From contig JBDRBB010000025.1 in the NCBI GenBank assembly GCA_043823065.1, positions 276 through 64,275 on the forward strand: a DNA stretch of 64,000 nt, written 5' to 3'. The notes under the pieces were generated by a model that was not told the DNA's origin, did no database searches, and saw only the letters and a list, made by a program, of their open reading frames with translations. Positions 8,016-17,390 of the stretch are shown here, piece after piece. How positions within the stretch are numbered: position 1 is the stretch's first letter; every line of letters begins with the position of its first letter. A program made the position numbers and the translations under genes. The stretch is from Pseudomonadota bacterium. Its GTDB lineage: Bacteria > UBA10199 > 2-02-FULL-44-16 > DYJF01.

Positions 8016-9359
8016 ATGACAAAAAAAAACTTTGATATAATTATTGTTGGAGGAGGACCAGCTGGCATAATCAGCGGGGTTACAGCTAGAAAATATTATC
8101 CAGATAAAAGCATTTTACTAATTAAAAATGTAGCACAAGGTGTAGTCCCTTGCGGCATACCATACATGTTTTCAACTCTAAATAAACCCGAAGACAACGC
8201 TATGGGCGACGCTCCTTTGCAAAAAAATAAAATCGATTTTTTAGTGGATGAAGTAGTTGATCTAAAAAAAGATGAACATAAAATTGAAACAAAACTTGGC
8301 AATAGTTTCTCTTATCAAAAACTTGTCTTAGCCAATGGCTCTAATCCAATAATACCGCCGATTAAAGGATTGGATAAAAATGGAGTGTATGCAATTCATA
8401 AAGATATGCCCTACTTAAAGGAATTAAAAAATAAAATAGGTAGTGCTAAAAATATAGTGATCATTGGAGGCGGTTTTATTGGAATTGAGTTTGCTGATGA
8501 ACTTTCTAATATCAACAATTTAAACGTTCATTTGGTTGAAGTCTTACCACGGCTGTTAATGAATTCTTTTGATCCAGAATTCAGCAAAATGGTAGAAACT
8601 AAATTAGAAGAAAAAGGAGTTAAGCTTATATTGGGCAAAAAAGTCGTAGAAATAATTGGAAAAGAAAAAGTAAAAAAAGTTAACTTAGATGATAACAACA
8701 ACATAAAGGCTGATCTAATAATCCTCTGCATTGGCGCAGCTCCAAACATTAAACTTGCAGAAAAAGCCGGTTTGGAAACCATTAAATCTGGCATTTGTGT
8801 TGATGAATACATGAGAACCAGCGATAAAAATATCTTTGCCGTAGGCGATTGTGCAGGAAAAAAAGATTTTTTTACCAGGAAAATATTACCAGTAATGTTA
8901 GCATCCACAGCCACAGCCGAAGCAAGAGTAGCTGGAGCAAATCTTTTTCAGCTTAAAGTTGTACGTGAAAACAAAGGAACCATTGCTATCTATTCAACAT
9001 ATGTAGATGGATTAGTATTGGGCTCAGCCGGCTTAAGTGAAACAGCAGCTACTAACGAAGGCTTTGAAATAGTCAAAGGAACCGCTGAAGTGCCAAGCAA
9101 ACACCCAGCCAGCTTGCCCAATACAGAAATGATTAAAGTAAAACTTATTTTTTCCAAACAATCAGAGGTTCTCATGGGAGGACAAATAAGTGGAGGAATA
9201 ACTGCAGGAGAAATTATTAACAGTATTGGTTTAGCCATTCAGCAACGGGTTTCTTTAACTGAATTGGAAACACTGCAAATGGCTACGCATCCACATTTAA
9301 CAGCTCCGCCTACTCAATATCCATTAGTATTAGCAGCTCAAAATACACTAAATCGGTAG
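8016..9359 (+). CDS. FAD-dependent pyridine nucleotide-disulfide oxidoreductase (NADH oxidase / CoA-disulfide reductase family)
   Basis: IIIVGGGPAGI FAD fold, a GVVPCGIPY redox-active single-Cys motif like SxxxCGLPY of Nox/CoADR, and a second Rossmann IVIIGGGFIGIE. Confidence 0.75.
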   Translation: MTKKNFDIIIVGGGPAGIISGVTARKYYPDKSILLIKNVAQGVVPCGIPYMFSTLNKPEDNAMGDAPLQKNKIDFLVDEVVDLKKDEHKIETKLGNSFSYQKLVLANGSNPIIPPIKGLDKNGVYAIHKDMPYLKELKNKIGSAKNIVIIGGGFIGIEFADELSNINNLNVHLVEVLPRLLMNSFDPEFSKMVETKLEEKGVKLILGKKVVEIIGKEKVKKVNLDDNNNIKADLIILCIGAAPNIKLAEKAGLETIKSGICVDEYMRTSDKNIFAVGDCAGKKDFFTRKILPVMLASTATAEARVAGANLFQLKVVRENKGTIAIYSTYVDGLVLGSAGLSETAATNEGFEIVKGTAEVPSKHPASLPNTEMIKVKLIFSKQSEVLMGGQISGGITAGEIINSIGLAIQQRVSLTELETLQMATHPHLTAPPTQYPLVLAAQNTLNR

Positions 9360-9394
9360 ACACTAGTACCTATTTGTTTGTTTTAAGCACGTTT

Positions 9395-10837
9395 TTAATA
9401 CCGATAATGATCTGGTTTATAGGGGCCTTCTGCTGGTACGCCAAGGTATTCAGCTTGCTTTGGCGTTAGCTTGGTCAGCTTAACCCCAATTTTTCCTAAA
9501 TGCAGTCTGGCTACTTCTTCATCCAATTTTTTGGGCAAGGTATAAACGCCTATTTTATAATCCTTAGTGGCAAACTCAATTTGCGCCAAGCTTTGGTTAG
9601 TAAAACTATTGCTCATCACAAAACTGGGATGACCAGTAGCACAACCCAAGTTTACCAAGCGGCCTTCAGCCAGCACGATAATTGATTTACCGGATTTTAA
9701 GGTCCACTTGTCAACTTGTGGTTTAATGGTTTCTTTTTTACAAGCAGAATTGTTATCCAGATAGTGCATCGCAATTTCATTATCAAAGTGACCAATGTTG
9801 CAAACAATTGCGCCGTCTTTCATCTTTTCCATATGCTCACCACTAATCACTTCAAAATTTCCAGTGGCCGTAACGTAAATATCACCTTCAGCTAAGGCAT
9901 CTTCAATAGTGGTTACTTCATAACCTTCCATAGCAGCTTGCAAAGCGCAGATTGGATCAATCTCGGTAACAATGACGCGCGCGCCAAAACCTTTCATAGA
10001 TTGCGCACAACCCTTGCCCACATCGCCATAGCCGCAAACCACCACAACTTTGCCAGCCACCATAATATCAGTGGCCCGCTTAATGCCGTCTGCCAAAGAT
10101 TCGCGGCAGCCATATAAATTATCAAACTTGGATTTGGTGACAGAATCATTAACGTTCATGGCCGGAAAAAGCAGTTCTTTCTTTTCCAACATTTGATATA
10201 GGCGGTGAACACCAGTAGTGGTTTCTTCAGTAACACCCCGAATTTTTTTGGCTATATTTGTCCACTTCTGCTTATTATTTTTCAAACTAGCTTTTAGGCG
10301 ATCTATAACAATCTGAAATTCCTTGTTGTCATATTTTTGTTCAGCAATAGAAACATCTTTTTCAGCTTTTACACCCTGGTGCACGATAAGCGTGGCATCA
10401 CCACCATCATCAACAATTAAATCCGGGCCTGTACCATCTGGCCAGGTTAAGGCCTGCTCAGTACACCACCAATATTCTTCCAGAGTTTCACCCTTCCAGG
10501 CAAAAACTGCAGCTGAACCTGCTTTGGCAATTGCTGCTGCTGCATGATCTTGAGTGGAAAAAATATTGCAAGAAGCCCAACGCACATCAGCACCTAACTT
10601 CTTTAAGGTTTCAATGAGCACTGCGGTTTGGATAGTTATGTGCAAGCTACCCATAACTTTCAAACCCTTAAGCGGTTTTTCTTTACCGTATTTTTCACGC
10701 ACAGCCATGAGCCCTGGCATTTCAGCTTCTGCCAAAACAATTTCTTTTCTGCCCCAATCAGCCAAGCTCAAATCTGCAACCTTATAGGGCAAGCTCAAAT
10801 CCAGTTCAAAAACTCCGTCAGTCTTCTTCATGTTCAT
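9395..10837 (-). CDS. ahcY: adenosylhomocysteinase
   Basis: 480 aa with strong recognisable SAHH identity along its whole length ([20 protein letters not shown]-binding [12 protein letters not shown]). Typical long-form size. Confidence 0.9.
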   Translation of the reverse strand: MNMKKTDGVFELDLSLPYKVADLSLADWGRKEIVLAEAEMPGLMAVREKYGKEKPLKGLKVMGSLHITIQTAVLIETLKKLGADVRWASCNIFSTQDHAAAAIAKAGSAAVFAWKGETLEEYWWCTEQALTWPDGTGPDLIVDDGGDATLIVHQGVKAEKDVSIAEQKYDNKEFQIVIDRLKASLKNNKQKWTNIAKKIRGVTEETTTGVHRLYQMLEKKELLFPAMNVNDSVTKSKFDNLYGCRESLADGIKRATDIMVAGKVVVVCGYGDVGKGCAQSMKGFGARVIVTEIDPICALQAAMEGYEVTTIEDALAEGDIYVTATGNFEVISGEHMEKMKDGAIVCNIGHFDNEIAMHYLDNNSACKKETIKPQVDKWTLKSGKSIIVLAEGRLVNLGCATGHPSFVMSNSFTNQSLAQIEFATKDYKIGVYTLPKKLDEEVARLHLGKIGVKLTKLTPKQAEYLGVPAEGPYKPDHYRY

Positions 10838-10887
10838 GATTTTCCTCCATTGCGGCCCAGGAACCTACTTTAACTAAAACAGGATGT

Positions 10888-11337
10888 CTAGAAAGAAAAG
10901 CCCGGGCAATTATACTCAACTACATCTTTTTGATTAATGGGATAAATGCGACAATTAGCTGGTTTGGCAGGATGTAAAATACATTGCCAGCTCTGTCCTT
11001 CTTGAATGATAAAAGGGCATTTGCGCACACAGCAGCAACGACCACACATTTGACATTCGCCTTTTCTCTTGGCTAATTGTTTTTCTATATATGCTTTACG
11101 AAAACGAATGGTAAAATATCGACGTAACCTGCCGCGCCAATTGGTGCGCAAAACCGGTAAATCTCGCCAGCCCAAATAAACTGCCCGGCCTTTTTCATCT
11201 GCAACCCGAATATAGCTTTGTTGGTTTGGACCACAGGCTGTCACTGGCCTAGCCTGGCGCTTGTGCACAAAAAAACCAAATAAAATCAAGGAAACATAGG
11301 CTGGATAAAAAATTATATGATCAATAAGGGTTCTCAT
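10888..11337 (-). CDS. membrane-anchored protein with a YkgJ/UPF0153-like CxxCGxCC metal-chelating motif
   Basis: N-terminal TM helix, a basic region, then CQMCGRCCCVRKCP matching the CxxCGxCC Fe-S/Zn 'flagellin N-methylase-like' motif. Confidence 0.4.
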   Translation of the reverse strand: MRTLIDHIIFYPAYVSLILFGFFVHKRQARPVTACGPNQQSYIRVADEKGRAVYLGWRDLPVLRTNWRGRLRRYFTIRFRKAYIEKQLAKRKGECQMCGRCCCVRKCPFIIQEGQSWQCILHPAKPANCRIYPINQKDVVEYNCPGFSF

Positions 11338-11403
11338 AATTTGACCTGTTTTAACACATCATTTTGGATTTTCAAGAAAGATTGCGATTTTCTTAGCAAC
11401 ATT

Positions 11404-11433
11404 TTTGACAATATGCCGATATTATAGGTATAA
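11404..11433 (+). promoter_or_regulatory. sigma-70-like promoter (TTGACA-N18-TATAAA) for the downstream gene
   Basis: TTGACA at 11404..11409 and TATAAA at 11428..11433 with an 18-nt spacer. The ORF-track TTG start lies inside this -35 box, so the true start is the ATG at 11459. Confidence 0.35.
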
Positions 11434-11458
11434 AGATGCCTCTTTAAGGAAAGAATTC

Positions 11459-12703
11459 ATGGATCCAATTTCTTCAATAATTTCCAACTATTACGATATC
11501 TGGCTATCTAACCCTGAAACCACAAGTTCTGTGGGACAAAATGGCTATGGCTATGAATTTGATGAAAACGGCCAAATAGCTGCTATTTATGATCCCCAAG
11601 GCAATTGCGTTGGCTATCGCGAACAAGAAATATTTATTATCGAGCAAGAAGATGCTACCTATTATTATCAGATCCAGGAAGATGGCTCTTTAATTGAAGT
11701 AGAAAATCCTGATACGTTGCAATGCTTCCTGTCTGAAGATGATTTTATCCTGCCCCAGCCACCAATAGTTGCTCAAATTGAACCTTGGCAAATGGCGCCT
11801 GTACTTATTAGAGTGCCAGAAGTTAATCCAGTAATTGCCAACCCAGTTTCAAACCCAAATAATGTTAATCAAGATCGGGAAATCGTTGAAGCACCTGAAT
11901 CTCCTTTAAGTAATAATCCATCACTATGGGCTTCTTTGTCTAACTCTAATGCTGATTTGCTACTAACTGTAGTTTCAATAGCAACTTTTCCTCCTTTAAC
12001 CAGAGTTGCTTTTGATATTTTTACAAATAGCTTTGCTTCAAGCAATCCAGTCTTAAGGGCAGCACATAGCCCTCAGCCAGCGCAAACTTCAACAGGATTA
12101 CAAATTAGTCAAGCTGTGGAATATATTGTCGAACTAGCTGTAACCGCAGCTGTATTGTCTTATAACTCAAATGGCCAAGTGAGTTTTGCAGATGCTTTTG
12201 GTAACTTAGTAAGGTCCGAAATAGTTACAGCTGTTGGCATATCTGTTATGCCTTTGCTAGCCAATGTTTTTACTTCAAGAACTCAACCAGGTGTGATTCA
12301 AGAAAATACTGCACCAGAACAATCTCCGACTATGGTTTTGCCTTTAAACAGACCAATGCTTAGAAATACAGCAGCAAATAATGCGGCAGTTATAAAACCT
12401 ATATTAAATCCTGTCCATTCTCCAAGCGTAGTACGCTCATCTGGATTATTATCCTGGCCCTCAACCAATTTAAATTTAAACGAAACTGCATATAGAGCAG
12501 CTTATGCGGCCTTTATGCTCCCTATTTTTGAATTACCCAGAATTGCCAGCCATATTCCTAACATTGTTGCTGCAGCCAGAGCTAATGCTTCCCGAGACAT
12601 CCCAGAAGTAAACTCCAGGGGCGACAATGGCCGTCAAAATGACCAAGAGTCAGACGGACGAAATTTCTACCAAGACGAAAATCCTGAAGAAGAACAGGCA
12701 TAA
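11459..12703 (+). CDS. hypothetical protein, effector-like (no signal peptide; Pro/Asn/Ser-rich with internal hydrophobic segments and an acidic tail)
   Basis: Start moved to ATG at 11459 (MDPISS) with the SD aaggaaag upstream. There are no recognisable catalytic motifs. Two or three internal hydrophobic stretches (LLLTVVSIATFPPL, AVTAAVLSY, AVGISVMPLLANVF) sit between low-complexity P/N/S regions. Confidence 0.45.
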   Translation: MDPISSIISNYYDIWLSNPETTSSVGQNGYGYEFDENGQIAAIYDPQGNCVGYREQEIFIIEQEDATYYYQIQEDGSLIEVENPDTLQCFLSEDDFILPQPPIVAQIEPWQMAPVLIRVPEVNPVIANPVSNPNNVNQDREIVEAPESPLSNNPSLWASLSNSNADLLLTVVSIATFPPLTRVAFDIFTNSFASSNPVLRAAHSPQPAQTSTGLQISQAVEYIVELAVTAAVLSYNSNGQVSFADAFGNLVRSEIVTAVGISVMPLLANVFTSRTQPGVIQENTAPEQSPTMVLPLNRPMLRNTAANNAAVIKPILNPVHSPSVVRSSGLLSWPSTNLNLNETAYRAAYAAFMLPIFELPRIASHIPNIVAAARANASRDIPEVNSRGDNGRQNDQESDGRNFYQDENPEEEQA

Positions 12704-12748
12704 TGTCATTGCCCGACTTGATCGGGCAATCCCAATGACATCTTTTTA
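12704..12748 (+). terminator. rho-independent terminator (hairpin plus T-run)
   Basis: tgtcattgcccgacttgatcgggcaat...atgaca is a perfect 8-bp inner stem (attgcccg/cgggcaat) followed by ctttttag, immediately after the stop at 12703. Confidence 0.5.
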
Positions 12749-13020
12749 GATCCTCCAGTCAAGCTGGAGGATGACAAACTAGCGCTGGAGGATGACACAC
12801 CAAGGATATTTCCCCAACCACTGTGGATAACCTTCTGGATAAGTGCCTATCTTTTTAACTCTTAGCTAGCCAAGACCCTATTCAAATTAGAGTGCACATT
12901 TTTTAAGCAGTAAATCATCTTCCAATTCAAATAGTTGCAAACTATTGGATTATTACTAGATTGTCAGGGTTATACGCAGAGTTTTCCACAGATGTGAATA
13001 AATACTAAAAGGCAAGCAAG

Positions 13021-15696
13021 TTAACACAGCCTTTCAAGTTGTACTTGAAGTTCTTGCAGTAACTTATTGTCTATTTGAGAAGTGAAAATTATCTTACCTT
13101 TTACACCTAGTTCAGCACCATGATGTTTGAGCAGGCCAAAATTGCACATTAGTTTTAAAGAATTGGTGAGATTAATCCTTGAAATAGCTTCAGAATGCTT
13201 AATATGCCCCAAAACATGCATATTTTTACCAGTAGCAATCATTTGTTTAACCAAATCTTTTTCACTCTTGTTTTTAAAATTTGCCCAGCGCAAAGAATTA
13301 AGGGCAATTTTTTGGGCTTCAAAAAAATTTTTTAGCAAACCTGCAAATGTCGCCAACACAACTGCACCTTCAATGTTTAATTTGAATTTGCCGCTTTTGT
13401 CTACACTTAAAACTTGCTTAGAAAGCAGAAAACCAAACACTTCGTTAATCTTGGCTTCAATGTTTTCCGCAGAATCAAATAAAAATTCAAATTTCAAGAA
13501 ATTCTGACATACTTGATAATTTTCTACTAAATCCTCTGGCTGAACTCCTTCGCTATAATCCAACCTTTTCAACAAAAGATTGGCTACTATACTAATATCC
13601 ACTAAAAAATGAATACTGGTGTTTTTGTAATAATCAAGCTGCAGACGTTTTTCCTCATCTATAATATAATATTTTTCCTGATGGGGGTACACATTTTCAG
13701 GATCGTGCAAACTAACCACTCCTTGATTCACAAAATTCTGCAAGGCTTTAGTAATTGCCCCCTGCTCATCAAAAGCTAAACTGGCAGCAGTTGGTTTGTG
13801 GCCTGCCTTTATATAATCCAAAAAAAGCATGGCGTGGCCAAGCAAATCGCTTTGCTTCATACCTTTGCGAGTTTGAGTCAGAATTGCGCTGGCCAAAAGC
13901 GCAGAAGGCGTAACCACCAAATTTTTATTTATTTGCTGACAAATTTTATTCACCAAGATTTTACTTTGTTCTTCTCTATCAACCTGCTTAGCAACTTCCT
14001 GATAAGAAATAGGTTCGCCAAAGTTCATATATACTTTTCCATGACGTTGTTTTTGTTTTTTTAAATATTTAAACAGCCGCAAGAAGTGCGTAAACCGTTC
14101 TTGGTGCTTTGCTGCACCACGCACTTCCTTTTCATAGGATTTCTGTTCAATCACTTGATCATAAGAAAAAGAAACTGGCACAAAGATAATATCTGGAAGT
14201 TGAAATGTGTTCACCGCATTAGTTAACATTCTAACCATGCCAAATTTAGGAGCCAACAATTTACCGGAGCGTGAACGAGCGCCTTCAATAAAAAACTCTT
14301 GCGAATATCCCTCTTCCAAAAGCACGCCCAGATAGGTTTCCACGCAAGCTTGATATAGTTTATTATTTTCAAAACTCCTTCTGATAAAATAGGCGCCGCA
14401 ATGCCTGAAAATATTTCCCAAAGGCCAAAAAGAAAGATTAATGCCTGCTGCGACCTGCGGAGGGGTCATGTAATTATTATGCAAAATATAGGTAAGCAAA
14501 AGGTAGTCTAAATGACTCTTGTGATTAGGCACAAAAACTAAAGGTTGGTTGGCATATATTTTCTTTAACTCTTTTAGCCTATCTTCATTATAATCCAAAC
14601 CATCATAAAGAGAATTCAGGCGCCAACCCACAAGCGCCTCGCCAAGTTCTACATACGTGTAGTTAATATCGGCAATTATCTCTTTTAAATATTTCTGCGC
14701 CAAATCTCTAAGATCATCTGTTTGTTTGTGCATTTCCAAGGCTAACTCACAAAGCAAGTTCTGAAACTTATCTTCAATCATGACCCTTTCTATAAACCAA
14801 GCCCGGTTGCGAATTATAGGACCGGTGATTGCGCGTCTTTCTAAATTTAAGACTTGCAGCAACTTCTCCCCAACTTGTTGGATGGTTTGATCAGCCAGCA
14901 ATTCTTGAGCGCTGATTGGGTGACCGATTTTAGCTATAGCCCGACGATGATAGCTGCGCCAAAACCACACAGTTTTACGAATTGCGCCGGGATTTTCTTT
15001 TTCGCCAAATAAAATATCTACCAAAGATTTTTTGGCGCGCGGCGGCCGACGATCCCAAATAAATTCCAGGGGCACAAAAAAAACAGGTTTTTCAGGATTG
15101 GTCCTGGCTAAAGCAGCTTGAATAAGCTTTTGCGAATAAGAAAGAAAAATCCCCTTTTCCTCCAACTCGGTGGGCACAACATAAAGTAAAATGGGTTGGC
15201 CTTGGGCCACCAAGTTAGTTACTTGCCCTGATGAAATTGGATCTATGATTCCACCATATTCAGCAAAATGATTTAACTGAGTTAATAGGGTTGCTTTCAA
15301 ATCTGACCAAGGCATGAACCGCCGCACTGATATGCCATTGGTGAATTGCGACAAAGGCAAGCCTTCTTCTAAAAACAAGTGTTGAAAAAAATTAAATTCC
15401 AACTGACCAGCTTGTCTTTGCAAATAAATCAACGTGCCGGTTTGCGCAGCTTGCCTTAAAGCTTCTGGCGCGGTTATTTCATAACGAATTTTTTTGAAAA
15501 AAGGAGAGAAGATCAGACGATAGAGAAAATTACCCCTAGGAAGCATGGCCGAGGCATAAATATCCTTTTTTGGTGTTTTAGCTATATCACACCATTTTGG
15601 TTTGATTTTTTTAACCAACCAATAAAAGGGATATAACCCCAGAAGCCCAACTGGTATTTTAAGTTTCTCTGGGGAAGCAATTTCCATAGTTGACAA
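13021..15696 (-). CDS. plsB: glycerol-3-phosphate 1-O-acyltransferase
   Basis: 891 aa. The HxxxxD acyltransferase motif sits in VFVPNHKSHLDYLLLTYIL, almost identical to E. coli PlsB VPCHRSHMDYLLLSYVL. Size and downstream FGRxxGAxxxxR-like blocks are consistent with PlsB. Confidence 0.85.
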   Translation of the reverse strand: MSTMEIASPEKLKIPVGLLGLYPFYWLVKKIKPKWCDIAKTPKKDIYASAMLPRGNFLYRLIFSPFFKKIRYEITAPEALRQAAQTGTLIYLQRQAGQLEFNFFQHLFLEEGLPLSQFTNGISVRRFMPWSDLKATLLTQLNHFAEYGGIIDPISSGQVTNLVAQGQPILLYVVPTELEEKGIFLSYSQKLIQAALARTNPEKPVFFVPLEFIWDRRPPRAKKSLVDILFGEKENPGAIRKTVWFWRSYHRRAIAKIGHPISAQELLADQTIQQVGEKLLQVLNLERRAITGPIIRNRAWFIERVMIEDKFQNLLCELALEMHKQTDDLRDLAQKYLKEIIADINYTYVELGEALVGWRLNSLYDGLDYNEDRLKELKKIYANQPLVFVPNHKSHLDYLLLTYILHNNYMTPPQVAAGINLSFWPLGNIFRHCGAYFIRRSFENNKLYQACVETYLGVLLEEGYSQEFFIEGARSRSGKLLAPKFGMVRMLTNAVNTFQLPDIIFVPVSFSYDQVIEQKSYEKEVRGAAKHQERFTHFLRLFKYLKKQKQRHGKVYMNFGEPISYQEVAKQVDREEQSKILVNKICQQINKNLVVTPSALLASAILTQTRKGMKQSDLLGHAMLFLDYIKAGHKPTAASLAFDEQGAITKALQNFVNQGVVSLHDPENVYPHQEKYYIIDEEKRLQLDYYKNTSIHFLVDISIVANLLLKRLDYSEGVQPEDLVENYQVCQNFLKFEFLFDSAENIEAKINEVFGFLLSKQVLSVDKSGKFKLNIEGAVVLATFAGLLKNFFEAQKIALNSLRWANFKNKSEKDLVKQMIATGKNMHVLGHIKHSEAISRINLTNSLKLMCNFGLLKHHGAELGVKGKIIFTSQIDNKLLQELQVQLERLC

Positions 15697-15728
15697 GAAT
15701 GATACGGAGTTAATACAATACTTGCAAT

Positions 15729-16301
15729 ATGTCTTTTCTCAACGAAAAAACCAAAGAAATTAATTACAAAGTATTATATTACGGTCCAGCTTTAGCTGGC
15801 AAAACCACCACGTTGCGCCAAATCTATCAAAAAATTAATCAAAAATCCAAGGGACAGATAATTTCTGTGGCTGATACTAACAACAATACCTTGTATTTTG
15901 ATTTTATTCCACTCACCTTGGGCAAGGTTAAGCAATATCAAGTGCACCTTCATTTATATAGCGTACCAGATGACTTAGCCTATAAATCTGCCCAAAAATT
16001 AATCGCTAAGGGAATTGATGGTGTAGTTTTTGTGGCAGATTCACAACTGGAAAAAATGGAAGCTAATTTGGAAAGCATGAAAAAACTTCAAGAAATTCTG
16101 ATTCATGAAGGTGTTGATCTAGGCCAAATACCCATGGTCATACAATATAACAAACGTGACCTGCCAGAAGCTGTACCGCTAGCAGAAATGCAAAAATTGC
16201 TAAATCCCAACCAAAATGCAGAATTTGAAACAATCGCTACTAGCGGCACAGGTATCTTGGAAACCTTGCAGGAAATTAGTAAAAAAGTGCTGAAATCTTA
16301 A
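15729..16301 (+). CDS. mglA: MglA-like Ras-family small GTPase (mutual gliding motility protein A homolog) with both catalytic residues substituted
   Basis: Gapless alignment to M. xanthus MglA over the first 90 residues: MSF.N...EIN.K..YYGP.L.GKTT...IY, TLYFDFIPLTLG, FVADSQLEKMEANLESM, IQYNKRDL (NKxD). No mglB lies adjacent. Confidence 0.8.
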   Translation: MSFLNEKTKEINYKVLYYGPALAGKTTTLRQIYQKINQKSKGQIISVADTNNNTLYFDFIPLTLGKVKQYQVHLHLYSVPDDLAYKSAQKLIAKGIDGVVFVADSQLEKMEANLESMKKLQEILIHEGVDLGQIPMVIQYNKRDLPEAVPLAEMQKLLNPNQNAEFETIATSGTGILETLQEISKKVLKS

Positions 16302-16325
16302 ATGTCAATGACAACCGATAATCAC

Positions 16326-17381
16326 TTATTTATGAATCTGATAACCCCAAAAGGTTTTAGACAATTCATAAAGATCTTCATCAACGGTTTTCAATCTTTC
16401 AGCAACCACTGTTAAAGGTTTTTCCACAATATTATTACCATCCAAAGCAACCATAACTCCGAACCGACCTTTGTGTACAGCATCCATAGCAGCAACGCCA
16501 TATCTGGTGGCTAAAACCCGGTCATGAGCGGTTGGGCTTCCACCACGCTGAATATGACCCAATACTGTCACTCTGGTTTCATAACCAGTTTTTTCTTCCA
16601 GAATTTTACTTAAACGATTACCAACTCCACCTAATCTAACATGACCAAACTCATCTTTTTCTTCGGAAATCAATTGTTCTTTGCCTCCAAATTTGGCCCC
16701 TTCAGCTACCACAATAATGCTAAAATTTGTGCCATTATCGTGACGATCTCTAAGCACTTTACAAACTTCATCTATATCAATTGGTCTTTCTGGAATGAGA
16801 ATAGCATCAGCTCCGCCAGCAATGCCAGCATACGTGGCGATCCAACCAGCATGCCTGCCCATGACTTCGCAAACCAAAACGCGGTCGTGCGATTCTGCAG
16901 TGGTGTGCAAACGATCAATTGCTTCAGTAACAATATTAATGGCTGTGTCAAAACCAAAAGTAAAATCAGTGCCATTTAAATCATTATCAATGGTCTTGGG
17001 TACACCCACAACTGGATAACCCATTTCATTAAGTTTATTAGCTGCACCCAAAGTATCTTCACCACCAATAGCAATTAAGGCATCCAATTTTAAGTTTTTG
17101 AAATTTGCTTGAGCCTTTTTAGTTGTCTCTTCATCCTTAAAAATATTGGTGCGAGACGTACCTAAAATGGTTCCTCCCCTGTGCAACACACCAGCCACTG
17201 TTGCCCTATTTAAGGGCATGGTAATTCCTTCTACCAAACCACGCCAGCCGTGCTTGATACCAACCACTTCATAACCATTATACATTAAGGCGCGACGCAC
17301 CACTGCTCTAATTACCGCATTTAAGCCTGGGCAATCTCCTCCACCAGTCAATACGCCAATTCTTTTTTTTGTCATAACCAA
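16326..17381 (-). CDS. pfkA: 6-phosphofructokinase, probably the pyrophosphate-dependent type
   Basis: RIGVLTGGGDCPGLNAVIRAVV and MGRHAGW motifs. GGEDT replaces E. coli GGDGS (Gly104 to Asp), and VPKTIDND replaces LPGTIDND (Gly124 to Lys). That residue pair is associated with PPi specificity. Confidence 0.8.
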   Translation of the reverse strand: MVMTKKRIGVLTGGGDCPGLNAVIRAVVRRALMYNGYEVVGIKHGWRGLVEGITMPLNRATVAGVLHRGGTILGTSRTNIFKDEETTKKAQANFKNLKLDALIAIGGEDTLGAANKLNEMGYPVVGVPKTIDNDLNGTDFTFGFDTAINIVTEAIDRLHTTAESHDRVLVCEVMGRHAGWIATYAGIAGGADAILIPERPIDIDEVCKVLRDRHDNGTNFSIIVVAEGAKFGGKEQLISEEKDEFGHVRLGGVGNRLSKILEEKTGYETRVTVLGHIQRGGSPTAHDRVLATRYGVAAMDAVHKGRFGVMVALDGNNIVEKPLTVVAERLKTVDEDLYELSKTFWGYQIHK

Positions 17382-17390
17382 TTCCTCCTA

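Noticed and set aside
8528-9238. Antisense ORFs (8528..8914 and 8990..9238) within the oxidoreductase gene
   Set aside because: They are shadow ORFs opposite a well-supported FAD-dependent oxidoreductase. Their low-complexity hydrophobic translations are implausible.
13127-14064. ORFs antisense to plsB (13127..13507 and 13798..14064)
   Set aside because: plsB is confidently identified by its HxxxxD block. The antisense frames are featureless.
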